A stretch of DNA of 64,000 nucleotides, taken from positions 93,992,001-94,056,000 of the forward strand of contig NC_082714.1 in NCBI RefSeq assembly GCF_030144855.1, read 5' to 3'. This document shows, piece after piece, positions 11,880 to 25,140 of this stretch. Source of the DNA: Hypanus sabinus. Lineage: Eukaryota. The first letter of the stretch is position 1, and each line of letters begins with the position of its first letter. The notes beneath the pieces are model-generated. The model ran no database searches. It was not told the DNA's origin and saw only the letters and a list, made by a program, of their open reading frames with translations. Position numbers and translations under genes: made by a program.

Positions 11880-13000
11880 CACCCGGTAGCACTCACATCT
11901 ACAGTGATGAAATGATGAAATGTCATGACTAGACTGAACTCCTGCTTCAGAAAGGACCTGGGCCAATTTCAATTTGCCTATCGCCAGAACAAGAAGTCAA
12001 CGGCAGATGCAATCTCAATGGCTCCTTGCACGGCTTTAGACAACCTGGACAACATAGACTCCTATGTCAGGCTGCTGTTAATCGACTACAACTCAGCATT
12101 TAATACCATCAATCCTACAATCCTGATTGAGAAATTGCAGAACCTGGGCCTCTGTACCTCTGTCTGTATTTGGATCCTCGATTTTCTAACCGGAACACCA
12201 CAAACTGTGCCGATTGGTGATATCAACTCCTCCTCGCTGACGATCAACACAGGTACAATTCAGGGGTCCGTGCTTAGCCCACGGCTCTACTCTCTATATA
12301 TACATGACTGCGTTGCTAGGCATAGTACAAATGCCATTCATAAATTTTTGATGATACAGCCATTTTTGCGAAAATCACAGCTGGTTACGAGACTGTGGAC
12401 AGGAGTGAGATATGTCAATTAGTGGAATGGTGTCGCTGCAATAACCTGGCACACGACGTCAGTAAGACGAAAGAGCTGATTGTGGACTTCCTGAAATGTA
12501 AGACGAAGGAACACATGCCATTCCTCAACGAGGGATCAGAATTGGAGAGAGTGAGCAGTTTAAGGTGCCGGTGTGTCAAGATCTCTGAGAATCTAACCTG
12601 GTCCCAACATATCGATGCAGTTACAACGAAGGTAAGAAAGCGGAAATACTTCATTAGGACTTTGAAGAGATTTGGTATGTCAACAAATACACACAAGCAC
12701 CTGTATAGATGTACTGTGGAGTGCATTCTGACAGGCTACATCACTATCTGGTATGGCTGGGGGCGTGCCTATTGCACAGGACCGAAAGAAGCTAAAGAGT
12801 GAAGATTTATTCTGCTCTATCTTGGGTACTAGCCAACAAAATACACAGGACGTTTTCAAGGGGCGGTGTTTCAGAAATGCGGCATCCATTATTAAGGACC
12901 CCCAGCACGCAGAACATGCCCCTTTCCCACTGTTACCATCGGATAGGAGGTACAGAAGCGTGAAGGCACGCACTCAGAGATTTAGGAACAGCTTCTTCCC
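11880..13000 (+). mobile_element. Rex1/Babar-type LINE RT, 5'-truncated and frameshifted
   Basis: QFAYRQNKKSTADAIS..YVRLLLIDYNSAFNTI..QGSVLSPRLYSLY..KTKELIVDF..RYRSVKARTQRFRNSFFP. Confidence 0.85.
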
Positions 13001-13002
13001 GC

Positions 13003-13380
13003 TTGGTGTCGCAATAATATCCAGCTCCGAACTCCGGAGCGAAGCTTCCCGAGTTCGAATCCAAATCGGGTTGAGAGTCAAGCTAGCTACTCGGCCTCGG
13101 AAAAACAAGAATAGCTTGCGACGGAAACACCATCAAAAGACGGTGCCAGATAGCTCCACTGCCGAGTTAGGGGTTATTCTTCTTCTTCTTCCAGCACCCA
13201 GGGCATGCCCTTTTCTCACTGTTACCATACGATAGGAAGTACAGAGGTCTAAAGACACACCCTCAGCGATACCTCCCCTCTGCCATTCGATTACGAAATG
13301 GACATTGATCCCTTCGACACTATCTCACTTTTAAATATATATTGTTTCTGCTTTTGCTCGATTTTTAATCTACTCAACAT
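13003..13380 (+). mobile_element. tRNA-derived SINE with a Rex1/Babar-like 3' tail
   Basis: Pol III B-box GTTCGAATCC at 13053-13062; 13190-13290 repeats the Rex 3' segment at about 12900-12995. Confidence 0.5.
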
Positions 13381-13559
13381 GCGTATACTGTATTTGATTG
13401 ATTGATTTATTATTATTATATTATTCTGCTTGTGTTCTGTTATATTATGTATTTCATTGAACTGCTGCTGCTAAATTAACATATTTCATGTCAAATGCCC
13501 TATGTTTGGAGATGGAAGACGGAGGATCAGAACGGGGGTGCCGCGGGAGCCAACTTCAA

Positions 13560-16500
13560 TTTTTCTTATTCTCATTGGAGTTAAGAGAGGCAGGACAGCG
13601 CAGGCGTGTGACGGCGGGCAGTGAAGCGTGGAAGATTTAAAAGGGCCACAGCCTTATACAGCGGGTAGCGTAGTGAGCCGGGAGAAGAGTGAAGGCTTAA
13701 GGGCTTGGTCTCAACGGACTTAGGCGGAAGCGGACGAGACAAAGTAGGTTTAGGTTTCAATTTTTCCTGTTATTTGAGGAAAGAGGGAGTTATGAGTGTG
13801 AGGGCAGCTTGTTGTTCTTGGTGTCGGATGTGCGAGATCCTGGAGTCTCCTAGCCTCCCGGAAGTCCACATCTGCACCACGTGCTCCGAGCAGCAGCTCC
13901 TAAGGGACAGTGTTAGGGAACTGGAGCTGCAGCTTGATGACCGTCGTCTGGTTAGGGAGAGTGAGGAGCTGATAGAGAGGAGTTACAGGCAGGTAGTCAC
14001 ACCGGGGCCACGGGAGGCAGACAGGTGGATCACCGTTAGGAGGGGGAAGGGGAAGGGTCATGTATTAGAGAGTACACCAGTGGCTGTACCAATTGACAAA
14101 AGTACTCCTGTTTGAGTACTGTTGAAGGGGGTGCAGCCTACTTGGGGGAAGCAACAATGGCCGTCCCTCCGGCACAGAGTCCGGCCCTGTAGCTGAGAAG
14201 GATAGGGAAAGGAAGAGGAAGACAATAGTAATAGGGGACAATAGTTACGGGCCAGATAGGCTATTCTGTGGACGCGATCAGGAGACCCGGATTGTAGTTT
14301 GCCTCCCTAGTGCCAGGGTTTGGAATGTTTCCGATCGCGTCCAAGATATCCTGAAGTGGGAGGGTGAGGAGCCAGAGGTCGTGGTACATATACGTACAAA
14401 TGATATAGGTAGGAAAAGGGAAGAGGTCCTGAAAGTAGAATATAGAGAGTTAGGAAGGCAGTTGAGAAGAAGGACCACAAAGGTAGTAATCTCGGGATTA
14501 CGCGACAGTGAGAGTAGGGATGGAATGAGGTGGAGGATAAATGCGTGGCTGAGAGATTGGAGCAGGGGGCAGGGATTCAAGCTTCTGGATCATTGGGACC
14601 TTTTTTAGGGCGTGTGACCTGTACAAAAAGGATGGGATACACTTGAATCCTAGGGGGACTAATATCCTGGCGGGGAGATTTGCTAAAGGTACTGGGGAGA
14701 CTTTAAAGTGGAATGGTTGGGTGGTGGGAATCAATTTTAAGAGACTAAGGGAGAAGAGGTTAGTTCACAAATAGGAAAGCTAGTAGATTGTGTGTGAGAG
14801 AGGATAGGCAGGTGATAGAGAAAGGAAGCGCTCAGACCGAAGATGTAGGGGAGAAGGAAGAAAAAGACCATAAAGTTGATCGCATCGTTATGGATAAACA
14901 GAGAGGAAGAGGTGGAGAGTTTCTTATATGCATCTATGTTAATACTAGGAGCATTGTAAGAAAGGTGGGTGACCTCAGAACATGGATTGATACCTGAAAA
15001 TATGATGTTGTAGCAATTAGTGAAACATGGTTTCAGGAGGGCTGTGATTGGCAAACTAGATATTACTGGATTTCGTTGCTTCAGGTGTGATAGAATCGGA
15101 GGGGCAATAGGAGGAGGACGTGTGCTATTGCCTGTCCGAGAAAATATTACAGCAGTGCTTTGGCAGCAGAGATTAGGGGGCTCATCTAGGGAGACAATTT
15201 GGGTGGAATTGTGGAATGGGGAAGGTGTAGTAACACTTATCGGGGTATATTATAGACCACCTAATAGGGAGAGAGAATTGGAGGAGCAAGTTTTTAAGGA
15301 GATAGCAGATTTTTGTAGGAAGTACAATGTTGTGATTGTGGGAGATTTTAATTTTCCACACATAGACAATAGACAATAGGTGCAGAAGTAGACCATTCGG
15401 CCCCTCGAGTCTGCACCGCCATTCTGAGATCATGGCTGATCATTCACTATCAATACCCAGACCCTGCCTTGTCCCCATATCCCTTGATTCCCCTATCCAT
15501 CAGATATCTATCCAGCTCCTTCTTGAAAGCATCCAGAGAATTGGCCTCCACCGTCTTCCGAGGCAGTGCATTCCACACCTTCACAACTCTCTTGGAGAAG
15601 AAGCTCTTCCTCAACTCTGTTTTAAATAACTGACCTCTTATTCTCAATCCATGCCCTCTGGTACTGGACTCTCCCAACATCTGGAACATATTTCCTGCCT
15701 CAATCCTATCAAATCCTTTAATTATCTTAAACGTTTCAATCAGATCCCCTCTCAATCTCCTCAATTCCAGCGTGTACAAGCCCAATCTCTCCAATCTCTC
15801 TGCGTAAGACAGCCCTGCCATCCCAGGAATCAACCTAGTGAATCTACGCTGCACTTCCTCAATTGCCAGAATGTCCTTCCTTAAACCTGGAGACCAAAAC
15901 TGTACACAATATTCCAGGTGTGATCTCACCAGGGCCCTGTACAAATGCAAAAGAACATCCTTGCTCTTGTATTCAATTCCCCTTGTAACAAAGGCCAACA
16001 TTCCATTTGCCCTCTTCACTGCCTGTTGCACTTGCTCATTCACCTTCATTGACTGGTGAACTAGGACTCCTAGGTCTCTTTGCATTTCTCCCTTACCTAA
16101 CTCGACACCGTTCAGACAATACTCTGCCCTCTTGTTCCAGCTTCCAAAGTGGATAACTTCACATTTATTCACATTGAATGACATCTGCCAAGTATCTGCC
16201 CACTCACTCAGCCAATCCAAGTCTCCCTGTATTCTCCTAACGTCCTCTTCGCATGTCACACTGCCACCCAGTTTAGTATCGTCAGCAAACTTGCTGATAT
16301 ATTTTTCAATGCCCTCATCTAAATCATTGACATAAATCGTAAAGAGCTGTGGTCCCAATACAGAGCCCTGTGGTACCACACTAGTCACCTCCAGCCAGTC
16401 TGAGAAACACCCATTCACTGCTACCCCTTGCTTTCTATCTGCCAACCAATTTTCTATCCATGTTGAAACCCTGCCCCCAATGCCATGAGCTCTGATTTTA

Positions 16501-19125
16501 CTCACCAATCTCCTATGTGGCACCTTATCGAATGCCTTTTGAAAATCTAGGTACACAACATCTACTGGCTTACCCTCATCTAACATCATTGTTACACCCT
16601 CAAAAAACTCCAACAGATTAGTCAAGCATAATTTGCCCTTGGTAAATCCATGCTGGCTCGGCCTAATCCTATTTCTTCCATCTAGATGTGCCACTATTAG
16701 ACTGGGAAACCCATTCTGTAAAATGGCTGGATAGTATGGAGTTTGTAAAATATGTGCAGGATAGTTTTTTGCAGCAATACATAGAGGTACCGACTAGAGA
16801 AGGGGCAGTGTTGTATCTCCTATTAGGGAATGAGATAGGTCAGGTGACAGACGTATGTGTTGGGGAGCACTTCGGGTCCAGTGATCACAATACCATTAGT
16901 TTCAATATAATTATGGAGAAGGATACGACTGGACCAGGGTTGAGATTTTTGATTGGAGAAAGGCTAACTTTGAGGAGATGCGAAAGGATTTAGAAGGAGT
17001 GGCTTGGAACAATTTGTTTTATGGGTAGGAAGTTAGGTTGAAAGGAAAGGTTAAACGTTTGAGAGCTCCATTGTTTTCAAGGGATATTTGAAATTTGGCT
17101 CGGAAAAAGAGGGAGATCTATAATAAATATAGGCAGCATGAAGTAAATGAGGTGCTCGAGGAATATAAAGAATGTTAAAAGAATCTTACGGAAGAAATTA
17201 GATAAGCTAAAAGAAGATACGGGGTTGCTTTGGCAAGTAAGGTGAAAACAAACCCGAAAGGTTTCTACAGTTATATTAATCGCAAAAAGGATGGTGAGGG
17301 ATAAAATTGGTCCCTTAGAGAATCAATGTGGACGGCTATTTGTGGAGCTGAAAGAGATGGGGGAGATTTTTAACAATTTATTTTCTTCGGTATTCACTAA
17401 GAAGAAGGATATTGAATTGTCTAAGGTAAGGGAAACAATTAGGGAAGTTATGGAAACTTTGACCATTAAAGAGGAGGAAGTACTGGCGCTTTTAAGGAAT
17501 GTAAAAGAGGATAAATCTCCGGTTCCTGACAGGATATTCCCTAGGACTTTGAGGGACGTTGGTGTAGAAATAGCAGGGGCTCTGACAGAAATATTTTAAA
17601 AGTCATTAGAAACGGCGATGGTGCCGGGAGATTGGCATATTGCTCATGTGGATCCATTCTTTAAAAAGGGTTCTAACAGTAAACCTAGCAATTATAGGCC
17701 TGTCAGTTTGACTCCAGTGGTGGGAGAATTAATGGAAAGTATTCTTAGAGATGGTATATATAATTCTCGGGATAGACAGTGTCTGATTAGGAACAGTCAG
17801 CATGGATTTGTGCGTGGAAGGTCATGTTTGACAAATCTTATTGAATTTTTGAAGAGGTTACGAGGAAAGTTGACGAGGGTAAAGCAATGGGTGTTGTCTA
17901 TATGGACGTCAGTAAGGCCTTTGACAAGGTTCCGCACGGAAAGTTAGTTAGAAAGGTTCAAACGTTATCTATTAATATTGAAGTAGTGAAATGGATTCAA
18001 CAGTGGCTAGATGGGAGATGCCAGAGAGTAGTGGTGGATAACTGTTTGTCAGGTTGTAGGGCGGTGACTAGTGGTGTACCTCAGGGATCTGTATTTGGTC
18101 CAATGTTGTTTTTCATATACATGAATGATCTCGATGATGGGGTGGTAAATTGGATTAGTAAGTATTCAGATGATACTAAGGTAGGTGGCGTTGTGTATAA
18201 TGAAGTAGGTTTTCAAAGCTTGTAGAAAGATTTAGGTCAGTTAGAAGAGTGGGCTGAACGATGGCAGATGGAGTTTAATGCTGATAAGTGTGAGGTGCTA
18301 CATTTTGGTAGCAATCATCCAAATAGGATGTACATGGTAAATGGTAGGACATTGGAGAATGCAGTAGAACAGAGTGATCTAGGAATAATGGTGCATAGTT
18401 CCCTGCAGGTGGAATTTCATGTGGATAGGGTGCTGAAGAAAGCTTTTGGTATGCGGGCCTTTATAAAACAGAGCATTGAGTATAGGAGGTGGGATGTAAT
18501 GTAAAAAAATTACATGGCATTGTTATAGTCGATTTTGGAGTATTGTGTACAGTTCCGGTCACCGAATTATAGGAAAGATATCAACAACATAGAGACAATA
18601 CAGAGAGGATTTACTAGAATGTTACCTGGGTTTCAGCACCAAAGTTACAGGGAAATGTTGAACAAATTAGGTCTTTATTCTTTGGAGCGTAAATGGTTGA
18701 GGGGGAACTTGATAGAGGTATTTCAAATAATGAGGAGGATAGATGGAGTTGACGTGGATAGGCTTTTTCCATTGAGAGTAGGGGAGATTCAAACAAGAGG
18801 ACAGGATTTGAGAGTTAGGGGGCAAAAGTTTAAGGGTAACACGAGGGGGCATTTCTTTACTCAGAGAGTGGTAGCTGCGTGGAATGAGCTTCCAGTGGAA
18901 GTGGTAGAGGCAGGTTCGTATTGTCATTTAAAGTAAAATTGGATAGGTATATGGACAGGAAAGGAATGGAGGGTTATGAGCTGTGTGCGGGCCAGTGGGA
19001 CTACGTGCAGGTAAGCGTCGGCACGGGCAAGAAGGGCCGAGATGGCCTGTTTCCGTGCAGTACTTGTTGTATAGTTATATGCTTATATGCCGATGATAAT
19101 AATCCTGATTCTGATTCAAAAGTTG
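13560..19125 (+). mobile_element. Near full-length CR1 LINE (ORF1 zinc-finger/esterase + ORF2 APE-RT), frameshifted, interrupted by a younger CR1
   Basis: MSVRAACCSWCRMCEI.. ORF1; CIYVNTRSI..VGDFNFPHID APE; resumes DWETHS at about 16700; RT pieces to 18936; tail ending ctgattctgattc at about 19100-19115. Confidence 0.92.
15368..16698 (-). mobile_element. Young 5'-truncated CR1 insertion (open 414-aa RT frame)
   Basis: ORF 15450-16694 with FADD RT core; (TCTATTG)n tail; TAGAC duplicated at 15363-15367 and 16698-16702. Confidence 0.95.
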
Positions 19126-19129
19126 TACG

Positions 19130-22100
19130 TGAATCAAAAGGTGACCAATAAGTCTGCCAGCAGGTTTGCCAGAGCTTTTGCGAGGGTTTAAACAAAATTG
19201 GGCGCGGAGGTGTGGGGGTTGTGGCAGGTTGGAATCGGGGTGAAGGGACCCAGGATTGGACGGATGGTGGAAAAGCAAATATAGCGTGCAGTCAGTGTGC
19301 AGGAATGGAAGGCAGATGATAGACAATAGACAATAGGTGCAGACGTAGACCATTCGGCCCCTCGAGTCTGCACCGCCATTCTGAGATCATGGCTGATCAT
19401 TCACTATCAATACCCAGTCCCTGCCTTGTCTCCATATCCCTTGATTCCCCTATCCATCAGATATCTATCTAGCTCCTTCTTGAAAGCATCCACAGAATTG
19501 GCCTCCACCGTCTTCCGAGGCAGTGCATTCCACACCTCCACAACTCTCTGGGAGAAGAAGTTCTTCCTCAACTCTGTTTTAAATAACTGACCTCTTATTC
19601 TCAATCCATGCCCTCTGGTACTGGACTCTCCCAACATCTGGAACATATTTTCTGCCTCAATCCTATCAAATCCTTTAATTATCTTAAACGTTTCAATCAG
19701 ATCCCCTCTCAATCTCCTCAATTCCAGCGTGTACAAGCCCAATCTCTCCAATCTCTCTGCGTAAGACAGCCCTGCCATCCCAGGAATCAACCTAGTGAAT
19801 CTACGCTGCACTTCCTCAATTGCCAGAATGTCCTTCCTTAAACCTGGAGACCAAAACTGTACACAATATTCCAAGTGTGGTCTCACCAGGGCCCTGTACA
19901 AATGCAAAAGGACATCATTGCTCTTGTACTCAATTCCCCTTGTAATAAAGGCCAACATTCCATTTGCCCTCTTCACTACCTGTTGCACTTGCTCATTCAC
20001 CTTCATTGACTGATGAACTAGGACTCCTAGGTCTCTTTGCATTTCTCCCTTACCTAACTCTACACCGTTCAGACAATACTCTGCCCTCTTGTTCCTGCTT
20101 CCAAAGTGGATAACTTCACATTTATTCACATTGAATGACATCTGCCAAGTATCTGCCCACTCACCCAGCCTATCCAAGTCTCCCTGTATTCTCCTAACGT
20201 CCTCTTCGCATGTCACACTGCCACTCAGTTTAGTATCGTCAGCAAACTTGCTGATATAGTTTTCAATGCCCTCATCTAAATCGTGGACATAAATCGTAAA
20301 GAGCTGTGGTCCCAATACAGAGCCCTGTGGTACCCCACTATTCACCTCCAGCCAGTCCGAGAAACACCCATTCACTGCTACCCTTTGCTTTCTATCTGCC
20401 AACCAGTTTTCTATCCATGTTGAAACCCTGCCCCCAATACCATGAGCTCTGATTTTACTCACCAATCTCCTATGTGGCACCTTATCAAATGCCTTCTGAA
20501 AATCTAGGTACACAACACCCTCGTCTAACATCCTTGTTACACCCTCAAAAAACTCCAACAGATTAGTCAAGCATGATTTGCCCTTGGTAAATCCATGCTG
20601 GCTCGGCCTCATCCTATTACTGCCATCAAGATGCGCCACTATTTCGTCCTTAATAATGGACTCAAGCATCTTCCCCACGACTGACGTTAGGCTAACAGGA
20701 CGATAGTTCTCCGTTTTCTCCTTCCCTCCCTTCTTGAAAAGTGGGATAACATTAGCCACTCTCCAATCTTCAGGAACTGATCCTGAATCTAAGGAGCATT
20801 GGAAAATGATTACCAATGCATCCGCAATTTCCTGAGCCACCTCTTTTAGAACACTCGGATGCAGACCATCTGGACCCAGGGATTTATTAGCCTTCAGGCC
20901 TACCAGTCTACTCATCACAGTTTCTTTCCTAATGTCAATTTGTCTCAATTCCTCTGATATCTTATAACCCTGGCCCATCCATACATTTGGGAGATTGCTT
21001 GTGTCCTCCCTGGTGAAGACAGATCTAAAGTACGCATTAAATTCTGTTGCCATTTCCCTGGTTCCCATACCAATTTCTCCCAATTCAGTCTTCAAGGGGC
21101 CAACATTGTTCTTAACTATCTTATTTCTCTTCACATAGCTAAAAAGGCTTTTGCTATCCCCTTTTATATTCCTGGCTAGACTGAGCTCATGCCTGATTTT
21201 TTCTCGCCGTATTGTTTTTTTAGTTAAGATCTGCTGTTCCTTAAAACTTTCCCAATCATCTGTATTCCCACTCATCTTAGCCCTGTCATACTTCTTTTTC
21301 TTTAATGCTATACAATCTCTGACTTCCTTTGTCAACCACTGTGGCCCCTTTCCCCTCTTTGAATCCTTCCTTCTCATTGGAATGAACTGCTTTTGCATCT
21401 TTTGTATTATCCCCAAGAATATCTGCCACTGCTGATCCACTGTCTTTCCTGCCAGGGCATCCGCCCATGTAACTTTGGCCAGCTCTTCCCTCATGGCTCC
21501 ATAGTCTCCTTTATTTAATTGCAAAACTGACACCTCTGATCAGCCCTTATCCCTCTCAAGTTGTAGATAAAAACTTATCATGTTATGATCACTACTTCCT
21601 AATGGCTCCTTTACTTCAAGATCACTTATCAATTCCTGTTCATTACACATCAGTAAGTCCAAAATAGCCTCGTTCTTGGGTGGCTCAAGCACAAGCTGTT
21701 CCAAAAATGCATCCCTTAGACACTCCACAAACTCCCTATCCTGGGGTCCAGCACCTACCTGATTCTCCCAGTTCACCTGCATGTTGAAATCTCCCATAAC
21801 GACTGCATTACCTTTAGCACATGCCAATGTTAACTCCCTAATCAACTTGTACCCAATATCCACGCTACTGTTTGGGGGCCTGTACACAACACCCATTAGG
21901 GTCTTTTTACCCTTACTGTTCCTCAGCTCAATCCACACAGACTCTACTTCCCCTGTTCCCAAGTCACCTCTTGCTAAGGACTGAATCTCATTCCTCACCA
22001 ACAGGGCCACCCGACACCCTCTTCCCAAATTTCTGTCTCTACGATAGCACGTATACCCTGGTACACTCAATTCCCAGGCCTGATCCTTTTGCAGCCATGT

Positions 22101-24010
22101 CTCCGTTATCCCAACAATATCGTAGTTCCACATTTTCATCTGAGCTTCAAGCTCATCTGTCTTATTTCTGACACTACGCGCATTCAAGTATAGAATTCTT
22201 AGCCCATTCCTCCTCTCCTTGCTTAAAACACTGTCTATTGTACCTAACCCAGCTCCTTGAACTTCCATCGGGCTAATTGCACCTTGAATTTTGATGACCT
22301 TCTCAAGATCACCCAAACCTTCTACACATTTAACCCCATGCTCCTTCTGACCAACCCTCTGTACATGTAACTTTTCCAACACATGTTCTGTCTCACCTTT
22401 CTCCTTTACACAATTAATATTTGGGAAACGTGTATTCCCCACCTGTCCCTTATCCTTCATCATATCATCTTCTCTCGTAATCTGGATCCCTGCCCCCTGC
22501 ACATCTAGTTTAACCCCCCCCCCCGAGCAGCACTGGCAAACATTCCTGCAAGAATGTTTGTACCCCTCCAGTTCAGATGTAGACCGTCCCTTCGAAACAG
22601 ATCCCAACGTCCCTGGAACAAAGACCAATTATCCAAAAACCTGAACCCTTCCTTTCTGCACCATGCTCTCAGCCTTGTATTAATGTGCATAATCATTCTA
22701 TTCTTCGCCTCACTCGCACGTGGCACAGGTAGCAATCCCGAGACTGTCACCCTGGAGGTGCTGCCTTTCAGCTTCACTCCTAACTCCGTGAACTCTCTAA
22801 GCAGGACCCCCTCACTCACCTTACCTACATCGTTGGTCCCTACATGGACCACTACATCTGGGTTCATGCCCTCGTTCTCAAGAATAGCCTGCACCTGATC
22901 TGAGATGTTCCGGACCCTGGCACCAGGGAGGCAACATACCATCCGAGACTCCCGATCTGCCCCACAAAATCTCCTATCTGCCCCCCTGACTATAGAATCC
23001 CCTAAAACTATCGCTCTCTTCTCTTCCCTCCTACCCTTTATAGTTGAGGGTTCAACCTCTGTGCCAGAGGCAGGACCACTACAACTCATTCCTGGTAGGT
23101 CATCCCCATCAACAGTATCCAATACGGTATACTTATTGTTAATGGGAATGGCCGCAGGGGTGCTCTGCTCTCTCTGCCTGCTCCCCCTGCCTCTCTGGAC
23201 CGTCACCTATCTGTCTACTTCTTGGATTTTTGGTGTGACTACCTCCTGATAACTCCTATCTATCTCTGCCTCTGCCTCCCGAATGATCCGTAGTTCATCC
23301 AGCTCCCGCTCCAACTCCCTAACTCGGGCTGATAGGAGCTGCAGCTGGACGCACCTTTTGCAGGTGTGGTCATCAGGGACAACTGTGTTGACCCTGACTT
23401 CCCACATACTGCATACGGAGCACACCACTGCTCTGACAGTCTCCCCCATACCTGAACTGGATTAATAGAATAAGTCTAAAAAGCACCGAGCGACCTTACC
23501 TTCTACCCCTCAGCGAGCAATCACACAGGCTTACCGAAGTCCCCTTACGCCGAAGCTCACTTAGCCAAAGCTCAGGACTCTGCTTCAACGGACTCCGCTG
23601 CCCGCTCTGAAAAGTAGTCCTGCCTTTTAAAGTGCGCGCTCGACGCTGACGTCACTCGCGCCTGCGCAGTTCCCCCTCCTCCACAGGTACTGACCAGGTA
23701 GACTTAAATCCTACCTACAACGGTCGAATTCTCTGAGCTCCCAGCAGAATCACAAGCTGTAACTTCCTCCCGATTCAAAATATGATATAATTACTGACAG
23801 CAGGGTGAGTATCAGTGCATTTGGGATGCAGAATCAAAAAGGGTAACAAATACACCACTCAGTGTGGTATATCTAAATGCACGGACTATAAGAAATAAGT
23901 AGATGATTTGTTGCACTGTATCAGATTGTCAGTTTTGGCAATTACAGAATAGTGGCTGAAGAATAGTTGTAGTCGGAAGAAGAATGAGGATGGGCTTCTC
24001 CAATTCTATC
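19130..24010 (+). mobile_element. Older CR1 ORF1/ORF2 junction fragment split by the full-length young CR1
   Basis: 19130-19320 resembles the end of the ORF1 esterase; 23790-24000 resembles the APE start (VVYLNARTIRNK). Confidence 0.55.
19322..23781 (-). mobile_element. Full-length young CR1 LINE (about 4.46 kb) with few lesions
   Basis: ORF1 23449-22505 (CxxC..CxxC, GDS/GTND/DGLH esterase) broken by TAG at 23209-23207; ORF2 APE (LYLNARS) broken by TGA at 21542-21540, then a 708-aa RT ORF lacking KPVD; candidate ATGATA TSD at 19316-19321 and 23782-23787. Confidence 0.95.
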
Positions 24011-24504
24011 TCTCCTCCATGGATGAAACTCATACCCCACTAATTAATTAAACCATAATGTATTGTGTCTGATGGATAGAATTCTACTGCAAGAAGGGAG
24101 GGCTGGGCTGACAGGATAGTTCAACCAACGGACGATGAGCAGACAGGCCAAAATAGGCGACATTGCAGAATGAGTTCAGTGAAAAGTGTGCAGCCAAAAG
24201 ACAGTCAGCCCGGGAATGCCAGAGAGTTTCCGGCAGAGCCTACAATTAGAGTCACACTACGGCCATTTGGAAATAAGAAGAGCGATGCCTTCATCTAGGA
24301 AAGACCTCTGAAATCAAGACCGTGAAATTCAAACTTTTTGTGTCCCACAAGTGGATAGGTTGGTTGATTGGCACCCGTGTGTCTCGAAGGACAATGGGTA
24401 ATGACAATCATCATCAGAAGCCACGGCGGAAGGTATGGAGATCCTGAGATCCCAGTCGTCAAGATCACGCTCTCTCCTTTCCAAAGTAAAGCTTATGAAA
24501 CACC

Positions 24505-24590
24505 AAACACGAGGAAATCTGCAGATGCTGGAAATTCAAATAACACACACAAAATGCTGATGGAACACAGCAGGCCACCAGCATTTTGTG
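24505..24590 (+). repeat. Short dispersed repeat (aacacacacaaaatgctg..gaacacagcaggcc), Penelope-associated terminus or SINE
   Basis: Related copies at about 31700-31770, 31900-31985, 49270-49340, 50850-50930, 54505-54600 and 63620-63690; the 54.5 kb copy is contiguous with a Penelope 3' end. Confidence 0.65.
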
Positions 24591-24631
24591 TGCGCTTATG
24601 AAACAACACGTTTTGCACCTGTTCGTCTCCA

Positions 24632-24985
24632 GGAGCTGCCGGAATTATGATCAATGACGTCCAGTCACCTTAGGTGCTCCACTCCGGAGTCGGTAAGTAT
24701 ACACTATTGATAAAGGGGTCTGTTGTCGTACTCTCAGAAAGTGAATCGGGCTATACAGAGAGCGCGCAAGGAAGGAGTATTGTTGTCGGTGCTCTTATTA
24801 TTGTGATACAGAGTCGAGGGAACGAATTATGCACTCCTGCTCTCCCATACATTTTACCAGTGAGATCAAATCGGGAGTCGGGGTACGGGTGTTTGTGTTG
24901 AGATATGGAAGTTTGGGTTTGAGAGCCGCAAAGCAGTTTCTTAATACACTCGGACATGACCCTTCCCAATCAAACCCACCCCGAC
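24632..24985 (+). pseudogene. Possible decayed V(J) exon
   Basis: Acceptor gtctccag|, phase-1 frame gives ..DVQSP*VLHSGVG..; about 96 codons later V.VE(D)MEVWV* with TGA (24920) at the second-Cys position; then LGHD as a degenerate FGxG. Needs several frameshifts. Confidence 0.3.
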
Positions 24986-25140
24986 CATCAGATGAATCCA
25001 ACCAGATAATCCAAATCAGATGGTGGTTCATAGGGTTTAACATCCAGGTGTCAGTTTGCATCTATAGGTGAGGCTGTTGCAGCTGCGGACCTCGTCATTT
25101 CCCAGCTGGGAACACGGCTGCCGAGACACCCTTTGTATAG

